Assembly: GCF_044704955.1 (NCBI RefSeq)
Contig: NC_091985.1
Location: 145,080,001-145,144,000, forward strand
Length of the DNA: 64,000 bases
Reading direction: 5' to 3'
DNA from: Pristiophorus japonicus
Taxonomy: Eukaryota
The position numbers and the translations under genes were made by a program. Position 1 is the first letter of the stretch. Each line of letters begins with the position of its first letter. This document shows positions 1 to 12,500 of this stretch, one piece after another. The notes under the pieces were generated by a model, which did no database searches, was not told the DNA's origin, and saw only the letters and a list, made by a program, of their open reading frames with translations.

Positions 1-491
1 TGATTCACTAGGCTGATTCCGGAGATGAGGGGGTTACCTTATGATGATAGATTGAGTAGACTGGGTCTTTACTCGTTGGAGTTCAGAAGGATGAGGGGTG
101 ATCTTAAAGAAACATTTAAAATAATGAAAGGGATAGACAAGATAGAGGCAGAGAGGTTGTTTCCACTGGTTGGGGAGACTAGAACTAGGGGGCACAGCCT
201 CAAAATATGGGGGAGCCAATTTAAAACCGAGTTGAGGAGGAATTTCTTCTCCCAGAGGGTTGTGAATCTGTGGAATTCTCTGCCCAAGGAAGCAGTTGAG
301 GCTAGCTCATTGAATGTATTCAAGTCACAGATAGATAGATTTTTAACCAATAAGGAAATTAAGGGTTATGGGGAGCGGGCGGGTAAGTGGAGCTGAGTCC
401 ACGGCCAGATCAGCCATGATCTTGTTGAATGGCGGAGCAGGCTCGAGGGGCTAGATGGCCTACTCCTGTTCCTAATTCTTATGTTCTTATG
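1..491 (+). mobile_element. CR1 LINE 3' end (ORF2 C-terminus, 3' UTR, TTCTTATG tail)
   Basis: ORF 25..396 LGLYSLEFRRMRGDL...RTRGHSLK...RNFFSQRVVNLWNSLP is the typical CR1 ORF2 C-terminus; ends ...aattcttatgttcttatg. Confidence 0.95.
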
Positions 492-994
492 ACTCTACGT
501 TTTAATCGACTGACATCGGATACACAGCACAGAAACAGGCCATTCGGCCCGACCATTCCATGTCGGCATTTATGCTTCACCCGAGCCTCCTCCTGTCTTT
601 CCTCATCTAACTCTATCAGCGTAGCCCTCTATTCCCTTCTCCCTCATATCTTGTCCATCCTCCTCTGTGGTGACTTGCTGGTGATAGATTGGCTGAGCTT
701 AGAAGGTGGCACCAACACCAATCATTTCAGGAAGTGCTGTGAAATGCTGTAAATTCTGGGGCATTGTCGGAGCTCCGAGCCAGTACTACAGCCAACTCAG
801 CATCGCTGAGCCAGTTATTGTGTTGGTCATGGGTAAGGTGGCCAAACAGAATGCTAGGTAAATCATTGCGGCTGCTCGGCACTGTGAGTTTTGCCTCGAA
901 TTTATACCACGACTGAAGCAAACGGCACATTGAGGCGAACATTGCAATCTGACCACCTGTTCTATAAAGACTGCCAAAACACCTACAAATTTGA

Positions 995-1132
995 AAAGAA
1001 GACAGATAACGCTGCAAGCACACAACAGCTTAGTCAGCAGCTGTGGAAGGAAAAGACAGGTTAACATTTTGGATCTAACGCTTTTTGTCTTTTCTCTATA
1101 CAGATGTTGACAGGGCTGCTGCAAATTTCCAG
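995..1132. mobile_element. Degenerate Penelope-derived inverted-repeat element; its last bases resume at 9548-9570 after the RTE insertion
   Basis: cagatgttgacagggctgctgcaaatttccag + tatttcctgttttat resembles the Penelope terminal repeat at 30250-30298; an inverted partner lies at ~995-1075. Confidence 0.55.
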
Positions 1133-4100
1133 CTGACCCGACCTGGGAGAAGGCAGCAACGGGAATACAAGCTGCAACGCCCCAGGACCCAGCGTGAGCC
1201 GTCCTGAGGGGGGACAAAATCCAAGTGTGGCATCACCGGAAACCAGCCAGCTAATTGGCTGCGTATCTCTGAGCGAGATCGAGGCCCAGGAGCGTAGGCA
1301 GGACAAGCGGGGCCCGGTAGAGGCGCAACGAGTTTAGGACCCAGCAACGAGGTCGGGGCCCAGCAGTGAGGTCGGGGCCCAGTAAAGAGTTCGGGACCCA
1401 GCAGCGAGGTCGGAGCCCAGCAGTGAGGTTGAGCCCAGCATTGAGGTCGGGGCCCAACAGCGAGGCCGGGGCCCAGCAGTGAGGTTGAGCCCAGCATTGA
1501 GGTCGGGGCCCAACAGCGAGGTCAGAGCCCAGCAGTGAGGTTGAGCCCAGCATTGAGGTCGGGGCCCAACAGCGAGGCCGGGGCCCAGCAGTGAGGTCGG
1601 GACCCAGCAGCAAGGTTGGGGCCCAACAGCGAGGTCGGGGCCCAGCAGTGAGGTCGGGGCCCAGCAGTGAGGTCGGGGCCCAACAGTGAGCTCGGGGCCC
1701 AACAGCGAGGTCGGGGCCCAGCAGTGAGGTCTGGGCCCAGAAGTGAGGTCAGGGCCCAGCAGTGAGGTTGAGCCCAGCAGTGAGCTCGGGGCCCAACAGC
1801 GAGGTCGGGGCCCAGCAGTGATGTCGGGGCCCAGCAGTGAGGTTCAGCCCAGCAGCTAGGTCGGGACCCAGCAGTGAGCTCGGGGCCCAACAGCGAGGTC
1901 GGGGCCCAGCAGTGAGGTCGGGGCCCAGCAGTGAGGTTCAGCCCAGCAGCGAGGTCTGGACCCAGCAGCGAGGTCGGGACCCAGCAGTGAGGTCGGGGCC
2001 CAGCAGTGAGGTCGGGACCCAGCAGTGAGGTCGGGACCCAGCAGCGAGGTTGGGGCCCAACAGCGAGGTCGGGGCCCAGCAGTGAGGTCGGGGCCCAGCA
2101 GTGAGGTCGGGGCCCAACAGCGAGGTCGGGGCCCAGCAGTGAGGTCTGGGCCCAGAAGTGAGGTTGAGCCCAGCAGTGAGCTCGGGGCCCATCAGCGAGG
2201 TCGGGGCCCAGCAGTGATGTCGGGGCCCAGCAGTGAGGTTCAGCCCAGCAGCGAGGTCGGGACCCAGCAGTGAGCTCGGGGCCCAACAGCGAGGTCGGGG
2301 CCCAGCAGTGAGGTCGGGGCCCAGCAGTGAGGTCGGGGCCCAGCAGTGAGGTTCAGCCCAGCAGCGAGGTCGGGACCCAGCAGCGAGGTCGGGACCCAGC
2401 AGTGAGGTCGGGGCCCAACAGCGAGGTCGGGACCCAGCAGCGAGGTCGGGACCCAGCAGTGAGGTCGGGGCCCAACAGCGAGGTCGGGGCCCAGCAGTGA
2501 GGTCGGGGCCCAGCAGTGAGGTCGGGGCCCAGCAGTGAGGTTCAGCCCAGCAGCGAGGTCGGGACCCAGCAGCGAGGTCGGGACCCAGCAGTGAGCTCGG
2601 GGCCCAACAGCGAGGTCGGGGCCCAGCAGTGAGGTCGGGGCCCAGCAGTGAGGTCGGGGCCCAGCAGTGAGGTTCAGCCCAGCAGCGAGGTCGGGACCCA
2701 GCAGCGAGGTCGGGACCCAGCAGTGAGGTCGGGGCCCAGCAGTGAGGTCGGGACCCAGCAGTGAGGTCGGGACCCAGCAGTGAGGTCGGGGCCCAGCAGT
2801 GAGGTCGGGGCCCAGCAGTGAGGTTCAGCCCAGCAGCGAGGTCGGGACCCAGCAGTTAGGTCTGGGCCCAGGAGTGAGGTCAGGGCCCAGCAGTGAGGTT
2901 GAGCCCAGCAGTGAGCTCGGGGCCCAACAGCGAGGTCGGGGCCCAGCAGTGAGGTCGGGGCCCAGCAGTGAGGTTCAGCCCAGCAGCGAGGTCGGGACCC
3001 AGCAGCGAGGTCGGGGTCCAACAGCGAGGTCGGGGCCCAGCAGCGAGGTCGGGGCCCAGCAGCGAGGTCGGGGCCCAGCAGTGAGGTCGGGGCCCAGGAG
3101 CGAGGTCGGGACCCAGCAGCGAGGTCGGGGCCCAGCAGCGAGGTCGGGGCCCAGCAGCGAGGTCGGGGCCCAACAGCGAGGTCGGGGCCCAGCAGCGAGG
3201 TCGGGGCCCAGCAGCGAGGTCGGGGCCCAGCAGCGAGGTCGGGGCCCAGAAGTGAGGTCGGGACCCAGCAGTGAGGTCGGGGCCCAACAGCGAGGTCGGG
3301 GCCCAACAGCGAGGTCGGGGCCCAGGAGTGAGGTTGGGGCCCAACAGCGAGATCGGGGCCCAGCAGTGAGGTCGGGACCCAGAAGCGAGGTTGAGCCCAG
3401 CAGTGAGCTCGGGGCCCAGCAGTGAGGTCGGGGCCCAGGAGTGAGGTCGGGGCCCAGGAGTGAGGTCGGGACCCAGCAGTGAGGTCGGGACACAGCAGTG
3501 AGGTTGAGCCCAACAGCGAGCTCGGGGCCCAACAGTGAGGTCGGGGCCCAACAGTGAGCTCGGGGCCCATCAGTGAGGTCGGGGCCCAGCAGTGAGGTTG
3601 GGGCCCAACAGCGAGGTTGAGCCCAACAGCGAGCTCGGGGCCCAACAGTGAGGTCGGGGCCCAACAGTGAGCTCGGGGCCCATCAGTGAGGTCGGGGCCC
3701 AGCAGTGAGGTCGAGACCCAGCAGTGAGGTCGGGGCCCAGCAGTGAGGTCGGGACCCAGCAGTGAGGTCGGGGCCCAGGAATGAGGTCGGGGCCCAGGAG
3801 TGAGGTCGGGGCCCAGGTGTGAGGTCGGGACCCAGCAGTGAGGTTGGGGCCCAACAGCGAGGTTGAGCCCAACAGCGAGCTTGGGGCCCAACAGCGAGGT
3901 CGGGGCCCAACAGCGAGGTCGGGGCCCAGGAGTGAGGTCGGGGCCCAACAGCGAGGTCGGGGCCCAGCAGTGAGGTCGGGGCCCAGCAGTGAGGTCGGGA
4001 CCCAGCAGTGAGGTCGGGGCCCAGCAGTGAGGTCGGGGCCCAGCAGTGAGGTCGGGGCCCAGCAGTGAGGTTCAGCCCAGCAGCGAGGTCGGGACCCAGC

Positions 4101-7100
4101 AGTTAGGTTGAGCCCAGCAGCGAGGTCGGGGCCCAGCAGCGAGGTCGAGGCCCAGCAGTGAGGTTCAGCCCAGCAGCGAGGTCGGGGCCCAGAAGTGAGG
4201 TCAGGGCCCAGCAGTGAGGTCGGGGCCCAGGAGTGAGGTCGGGGCCTAGGAGTGAGGTCGGGGCCCAGCAGTGAGGTCGGGGCCCAACAGCGAGATCGGG
4301 GCCCAGGAGTGAGGTCGAGGCCCAACAGCGAGGTCGGGGTCCTGCAATGAAGTCGAGAACCAGCAGTGAGGTCGGGGCCCAGCAGTGAGGTCGGGACCCA
4401 GCAGTGAGGTCGGGGCCCAGCAGTGAGGTCGGGGCCCAGCAGTGAGGTTCAGCCCAGCAGCGAAGTCGGGACCCAGCAGTTAGGTTGAGCCCAGCAGCGA
4501 GGTCGGGGCCCAGCAGCGAGGTCGAGGCCCAGCAGTGAGGTCGAGGCCCAGCAGTGAGGTTCAGCCCAGCAGCGAGGTCGGAGCCCAACAGCGAGCTCGG
4601 GGCCCAACAGCGAGCTCGGGGCCCAGGAGTGAGGTCGGGGCCCAGCAGTGAGGTCGGGGCCCAGCAGTGAGGTCGGGACCCAGCAGTGAGGTCGGGGCCC
4701 AGCAGTGAGGTCGGGGCCCAGCAGTGAGGTTCAGCCCAGCAGCGAGGTCGGGACCCAGCAGTTAGGTTGAGCCCAGCAGCGAGGTCGGGGCCCAGCAGCG
4801 AGGTCGAGGCCCAGCAGTGAGGTTCAGCCCAGCAGCGAGGTCGGGGCCCAGAAGTGAGGTCAGGGCCCAGCAGTGAGGTCGGGGCCCAGGAGTGAGGTCG
4901 GGACCTAGGAGTGAGGTCGGGGCCCAGCAGTGAGGTCGGGGCCCAACAGCGAGCTCGGGGCCCAGGAGTGAGGTCGGGGCCCAACAGCGGGGTCGGGGTC
5001 CTGCAATGAAGTCGAGACCCAGCAGTGAGGTCGGGGCCCAGCAGTGAGGTCAGGGCCCAGCAGCGAGGCTGAGCCCAGCAGTGAGGTCGGGGCCCAACAG
5101 CGAAGTCGGGGCCCAGGAGTGAGGTCGGGGCCCAGCAGCGAGGTCGGAGCCCACAGCGAGGTCGGGGCACAACAGCGAGGCCGGGGCCCAGGAGTGAGGT
5201 CGGGGCCCAGCAATGAGGTCGGGGCCCAGCAGTGAGGTCGGGACCCAGCAGTGAGGTCGGGGCCCAGGAGTGAGGTTGGGGCCCAACAGCGAGGTCGTGG
5301 CCCAGAAGTAAGGTCAGGGCCCAGCAGTGAGGTCGGGGCCCAGCAGCGAGGTCGGAGCCCACAGCGAGGTCGGGGCACAACAGCGAGGTCGGGGCCCTGC
5401 AGTGAAGTCGAGACCCAGCAATGAGGTCAGGGCCCAGCAGTGAGGTCGGGACCCAGCAGCGAGGTCGGGGCCCTGCAGTGAAGTCGAGACCCAGCAGTGA
5501 GGTCAGGGCCCAGCAGTGAGGTCGGGACCCAGCAGTGAGGTTGGGCCCAGCAGTGAGGTCGGGGCCCAGCAGTGAGGTCGGGGCCCAGCAGCGAGGTCAG
5601 GGCCCAGGAGTGAGGTCGGGGCCCAGCAGCGAGGTCGGGGCCCAACAGCGAGGTCGGGGCCCAACAGCGAGGTCGGGGCCCAGGAGTGAGGTTGGGGCCC
5701 AACAGCGAGGCCGGGGCCCAGCAGTGAGGTTGAGCCCAGCAGTGAGCTCGGGGCCCATCAGTGAGCTCGGGGCCCAGCAGTGAGGTCGAGACTCAGCAGT
5801 GAGGTCGGGGCCCAGCAGTGAGGTCGGGGCCCAGCAGTGAGGTCGGGGCCCAGCAGTGAGGTCGGGGCCCAGCAGTGAGGTCGGGGCCCAGCAGTGAGGT
5901 TCATCCCAGCAGTGAGGTCGGGACCCAGCAATGAGGTTCAGCCCAGCAGCGAGGTCGGGGCCCAGCAGCGAGGTCGAGGCCCAGCAGCGAGGTCGGGACC
6001 CAGCAGCGAGGTCGTGGCCCAGCAGCAAGGTCGGGACACAGCAGTGAGGTTGGGATCCATCAGCGAGGTCGAGGCCCAGCAGTGAGGTTCAGCCCAGCAG
6101 CGAGGTCGGGGCCCAGAAGTGAGGTCAGGGCCCAGCAGTGAGGTCGGGGCCCAGGAGTGAGGTCGGGACCTAGGAGCGAGGTCGGGACCCAGCAGCGAGG
6201 TCGTGGCCCTGCAGCGAGGTCCGGACCCAGGAGTGAGGTCGGGACCCAGGGAAGGTGCAGCATGGGCCAACATGAGGTAGGGGACTATACTGCATCCTGT
6301 GAAACCCAGGGTGAGAGGGCCTGTGGGAACAAGGAAGGAGTATACTCAGAGTATGTTTGTGTGTGTGCATTAGGCCTATGCAGCAGTGCCTGGTCTCCGA
6401 TCATCTTGGATCCCTTTGCCATTGGATTAAGACCTTGCTCTGTCAAGCCCGTGTGGTGGCTGGTGTGCAACGGCCACACCACGATAATAGAATTCACGCG
6501 CAGGCATCTTTCACTCTTTAAGATGAAGTTTATGACCTGGAAGGTCAGGACCCTCATGGACAACCCCAACAGCGACAGATCGGAATGCCGTACTGCTATC
6601 GTTGCCCAGGAACTCAGATGGTTCGACATAGACATCATCACCCTAGGCGAGACTCGGTGAGCAGGGGAAGGCCAGCTCAAGGAACAAGGTGGTGGCTACA
6701 CCTTCTTCTGGAAAGGGAAACCAGAAGAGGAACACCGCCTCCATAGGGTAGGCTTCGTCATAAAAAATGAACTAGTTGGCCATCTCAGAGATTCCCTTTG
6801 CGGGATAAACGAACGCCTCATGACCCTTCGGCTCACCCTAACCTGGAACCAGTGTGCTACGGTCTTCAACGCATACGCCACAACACTGGAAGCTACAGAC
6901 AAGACCCAAAGAGGAATTCAACTCCAGCCTCGAACAATCCCTGTCCCGAGTCCCAACGGGTGACAAGCTGATCCTCCTTGTTGACTTTAACGCCGGAGTT
7001 GGAAAGGACACAGACCTCTGGGGAGGTGTGATCGGCAGAGAGGGGTAGGGAAAACCAACTCCAACGGTACCCTCCTCCTGACCAAATGCTTACAACATGG

Positions 7101-9547
7101 CCTTGTCATAACCAACACCTTGTCCCATCAGAGAGACAGGTACAAAGCCTTATGGAAACCCCCTCGATCCAAGCACTGGCATCTGCTGGACTGCGTCATT
7201 GTCCGAGCGAGGGACCGCAAGAACGTGCACATCACCCGCACCATGACAGGAGATGACGACTGCTGGATGGACCACTGCCTAATCCGCTCTGTCATCTCCA
7301 TCAATGTAGCCCCAAAACAGCAGCGGCGGAGACAGAAACAGTGCCGCAGGAAAATCAACGCTGGAGCACTCAAAGACCCTGCTAAGAAAGCCCTATTCAG
7401 CCAGCGCCTCACAACCAACCTGATGACTCCCAGTGATCCAGAGACGCACAGTATCCACAGCGCCTGGTCTGCCCTCCAGGCCTCCATAATTCGCACCTGT
7501 GAAGAGATGCTTGGTCACGCGATCAGGAAACATCAAGACTGGCTCGACGAAAAAGACCAGGAGATCCAGGAGCTAATAAGCCACAAGCGCAAGGCATTCT
7601 TGAACTGGAAACAGCAACACAACTCAAGAGCAAGAAAGCAGCTTTATAGACATCTGAAGGCCGAGGACCAACAAAAAACTCGAGACCTAAAGAACAGATG
7701 GTAGGTGGCGAAAGTGCAGGGGATCCAACAACTAGCCAACAATCACGATGCACGTGGATTCTTTAGCGCAGTCAAGACCACCTACAGCCCAAGCACCCAA
7801 GGTTCTATCCCACTGCGGGCCAAGAACAGAGAGGTACTCCTCAAGGACAGAGAGGCAGTCAGTGCCCACTGGGAGGAACACTTCGAAGATCTCCTTAACC
7901 GAGATTCTGTCTTCGACACGAGTGTCCTCAACTCCACCCCGTAGCACACTGCCCGCCACCATCTCAGCACAACCCCAGCCTGGCATGAGGTAGAAAAGGC
8001 CATCCGACGTAAAGAACAAGGCCTCAGGAGCAGATGGAAACCCCGCCGAAGAACTAAAGCATGGCGGAGAAGCACTATTGGCGCTAATACCTAAACTAAT
8101 TTCTCTTATTTGGAAGGTGGAGAGCAAGCCAAGGAATCTAAGAGACGCCGTAATCGTGACCATCTTCAAGAAAAGTGACAAGTCCAATTGTTTCCCTGCT
8201 GTCTACCACAGGGAAAGTCATCGCAAGAATCCTCCTCAATCGCCTTCTCCCAGTGGCTGAAGAGCTCCTCCCAGAGTCGCAATGCGGATTCCGCCCACTA
8301 AGGGGCACAATGGACCTCTTTGGCCTTCGAAACTGTCAACCGGGAGGGATTATGGAGTGTCCTCCTCAAATTTGGCTGCCCTCAAAAGTTTGTCACCATC
8401 CTCCGCCTCCTTCATAATGACATGATCCTGACCAATGGATCCACCACAGACCCAATTCACGAATGGACCGGGGTCAAGCAAGGCTGTGTCATTGCACCAA
8501 CGCTCTTCTCGATCTTCCTTGCTGCAATCCTCCACCTCACCCTCAGTAAGCTCCCTGCTGGAGTGGAGCTAATTAACAGAACAAACGGGAAATTGTTCAA
8601 CCTCCGTCACCTTCAGTCCAGATCCAAGGTCGTCCCATCCTCTGTCATTGAACTACAGTATGCAGACGACACCTGCGTCTGTGCACACTCGGAAGCTGAC
8701 CTCCAAACCATCGTCAACATCTTCACTGAAGTGTACGAGAGCATGAGCCTTACATTAAACATCTGTAAGACAAAGGTCCTCTACCAACCTGACCCCACCA
8801 CACAGCACTGCCTGCCGGTTATCAAAATCCACAACAATGCCTTGGACAACGTGCACCATTTTCCATACCTCGGGAGCCTACTGTCAACAAGGGCAGATGT
8901 CGACAGAGCAGTAGTGATACCTGCCCTCCTATATGCTTCAGAGACATGGACCATGTACAGCAGGCACCTCAAAGCACTGGTGAAGTACCACCAACGCTGC
9001 CTCCACAAGTTCCTGCAAATCCATTGGCAGGAAAGACGCACCAATGGCAGTGTTCACACTCAGGCCAACATCCCCAGCATCGAAGCACTGTGCACGTTCG
9101 ATGAGCTCCGATGAACGGGCCACATCGTCCGCATGCCCGCTACGAGACTCCCAAAACAAATGCTCTACTCGGAGCTCCAACATGGCAAGCGAGCCCCAGG
9201 TGGGCAGAGGAAACGCTTCAAAGACACCCTCAAAGCCTACTTGAAAAAGTGCAACATCCTCACCGACACCTGGGAATCCCTGGCCCAAGGCCGCTCAAAG
9301 TGGAGGAGAAGCATCCGGGAAGGCGCCGAACACCTCGAGTTTCTTCGTCGGGAGCAAGCGGAAGCCAAGCGCAAACAGTGGAAGGAGCACACGTCAATCC
9401 ATGCACCCCAGCCACCTGCCCCTTCAACCACCATCTGCCCCAGCTGTGACAGAGACTGCAGTCCCGCAGTGGTCTCATCAGTCACCTGAGAACTCATTTT
9501 AGTGTGAAAGCAAGTCATCCTCAACTCCAAGGGACTACCTAAGAGAT
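1133..9547 (+). mobile_element. Full-length decayed RTE (BovB/Expander-like) LINE with satellite-expanded 5' UTR
   Basis: ORF starts at ATG 6523 (MKFMTWKVRTL, APE endonuclease); RT motifs GVKQGCVIAPTLF and LQYADD; C-terminal LPKQMLYSELQHGKRAPGGQRKRFKDTLK; multiple stops and frameshifts; TSD ATTTCCAG at 1125-1132 and 9548-9555. Confidence 0.93.
1338..6250. repeat. GC-rich minisatellite, 19-bp unit CCAGCAGTGAGGTCGGGGC with 18-bp variant CCAGCAGTGAGGTTCAGC, roughly 260 units
   Basis: Directly visible tandem array; shared variant blocks (for example 4021-4360 versus 4680-5020, offset ~659 bp). Confidence 0.98.
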
Positions 9548-9570
9548 ATTTCCAGTATTTCCTGTTTTAT

Positions 9571-12500
9571 AAGAACATAAACACATTAGAAATAGGAGCA
9601 AGAGTAGGACATTTGGCCCCCTCGAGCCTGCTCCACCATTCAATAAGATCATGGCTGATCTGATCATGGACTCAGCTCCACTTCCCTGCCCACTCCCCAT
9701 AACTCTTCACTCCCTTTTCACTCAAAAATCTATCTCCACCTTAAATATATTCAATGACCCAGCCTCAACAGCTGTCTGGGGCAGAGAATTCCACAGGTTT
9801 ACAACCCTCTAAGAGAAGAAATTCCTCCTCATCTCAGTTTTAAATGGGCAACTCCTTATTCTGAAAATATGCCCCCTAGTTCTCGAATCCCCCACAAGGG
9901 GAAACACCCTCTCTGCATCTAACTTGTCGAGCCCCCTCAGTATCTTATATGTTTCGATAAGAAAACCTCCCATTCTTCTAAACTCCAATGAGTAGAGGTC
10001 CAACCTGCTCACCTTTTCTTCATAAGTCAACCCCCTCATCTCAGGAATCAACCTAGTGAACCTTCTCTGAACTGCCTCCAATGCAAGTGTATCCTTCCTT
10101 AAATATGGAGACCAAAACTGTACACAGCACTCTAGGTGTGACCTCACCAATACCCTGTACAGTTGTAGCAGGACTTCCCTACTTTTATACTCTATCCCCT
10201 TTGCAATAAAGGCCAACATTCCATTGCCTTCCTGATTACTTGCTGTACCTGCATGCTCACTTTTTGTGTTTCATGCACAAGTACCCCCAGGTCACTCTGT
10301 ACTGCAGCATTTTTGTAATTTTTCTCCATTTAAATAATAATCTGCTTTTTTATTTTTCCTGCCAGAGTGGATAACCTCACATTTTCCTACATTATACTCC
10401 ATCTGCCAAATGTTTTCCCACTCACTTAGCCTGTCTATATTCCTTTGCAGATTTTTTGTGTACCACTCACAACTTGCTTTCTCACCTATCTTTGTATCAT
10501 CAGCAAACTTGGCTACATTACACTCGGCCCCTTAAACCAAGTCATTAATATCGATTGTAAATCGTGGAGGTCCCAGTACTGATCTCTGTGATACCTCACT
10601 AGTTACTGTTTGCCAACCGGAAAATGACCCATTTATCCTGACTCTTTGTTTTCTGTTAGTTAGCCAATCCTCTATGCATGCTAATATATTACCCCCAACC
10701 CCGTGAGCTATTATCTTGTGCAGTAACCTTTATTTGGCACCTTATCGAATGCGTTCTGGAAATCCAAATACACCATATCCATTGGTTCCCCCTTATTCAC
10801 CTTCCTCTTTACATCCTCAAAGAACTCTAGCCAATTTGTCAAACATGATTTCCCTTTAATAAAACCATGCTGATTTGGCTTAACTGTATTCTGCTTTTCC
10901 AAATGTCCTGCTACTGCTTCCTTAATAATGGACTCCAGCATTTTCCCAACATAGATGTTAGGCTAACTGGTCTATAGTTTCCGGCATTCTGTCTGCCTCC
11001 TTTTTTAAATAGGGGCGTTACATTTGCAGTTTTCCAATCCGCTGGGACCCCCCCAGAATCCAAGGAATTTTGATAGATTACAACCAATGCATCCACTATC
11101 TCTGCAGCCACTGCTTTTAAGACCCTGGGATGCAAGCCGTCAGGTCCAGGGGATTTGTCACCCTTCTATCCCATTATTTTACCGAGTACTTTTTCTTTAG
11201 TGATAGTGATTGTTTTAAGTTCCTCCCTCCCTATAGCCTCTTGATTATCCGTTATTGGGATGTTTTTAGTGTCTTCCACCGTGAAGACGAATACAAAATA
11301 TTCGTTCAACATCTCTGCCATTTCGCTGGTTTCCCAATTAATTCCCCAGTTTCATCCTCTAAAGGGCCAATGCTTACTTTAGCCAATCTCTTCCTTTTTA
11401 TATACCTGTAGTAACTCTTACTGTCTGTTTTTATATTTCTTGCTAGTTTACTCTCATAATCTATCTTTTTTATTGTTGTTCTTTGCTGGCTTTTAAAAGT
11501 TCCCCAATCCTCTGGCCTCCCACTAGTCTTGGCCACATTGTACGCCCTTGTTTTCAATTTGATTTCATCCTTTACTTCCTTAGTTAGTCACGGATAGTTG
11601 TCCCTTCTATTATAGTCTTTCCTTGCCAGTGGAATATATTTTTGTTGAGAGTTATGAAATATCTCCTTAAATGTCTGCCACTGCTTATCAACTGTCCTAC
11701 ACTTTAATCTATTATCCCAGTCCACTTTAGCTAACTCTGCCTTCATACCTTTGTAATCTCCTTTATTTATGATCAGGACACTGGTTTGAGATCCAAGTTT
11801 CTCACCCTCCAACTGAATTTGAAATTCAACCATACTATGATCAATCTTTCCTCGAGGATCCTTTACTAGGAGATCATTTATTAATCCTGTCTCATTACAC
11901 AGTACCAGATCTAAGATATCTAAGATAGCCTGCTCCTTGGTTGGTTCCACAATGTACTGTTCAAGGAAACCATTCCGGATACACTCTATGAACTCTTCCT
12001 CAAGGCTACCTTGGCCAATTTGATTTGTCCAATTAATATGAAGATTAAAATCGCCCATGATTATTGACGTTCCTTTCTCGCAAGTCTCCATTATTTCTTA
12101 ATTTATACTCCGTCCAACAGTATAGCTACTGTTAGGGGGCCGAAAGACTATGCCCACCATGACTTCTTCCCCTTATTATTCCATATCTCCACCTAAACTG
12201 ATTCAGCATCTTGATCTTCTGAGCCAATATAATTTCTCACTAACGTACTGATCTCATCCATTATTTTCAGAGCTATCCCGCTTCCTTTTCCTTTCTGCCT
12301 ATCCTTCTGAATTGTCAAATACCCCTGAATATTCAGTTCCCACATCTCTGTAATGGCTATCAGATCATACCCATTTGTATCTATTTGTGCCGGTCAACTC
12401 ATCTATTTTGTTACGAATGCTCTGTGCATTCAGATAAAGAGGTTTTAATTTTTTTTTTTACCATTTTTTGCTGCTTTGACCCCACTTTCTGATATACTCT

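Noticed and set aside
1133-1270. HDV-like ribozyme at the RTE 5' end
   Set aside because: A GCTAAT motif is present, but I could not assemble the nested double pseudoknot in either RTE copy by eye.
1338-6250. CRISPR-like array
   Set aside because: Units are directly adjacent with no unique spacers, no cas genes are present, and the DNA is eukaryotic.
1096-6273. Many long ORFs (up to 425 aa) of LLGPDLTAGPRPHCWAPTS repeats
   Set aside because: They are translations of a 19-bp unit that lacks minus-strand stops; all three frames give the same peptide and there is no gene context.
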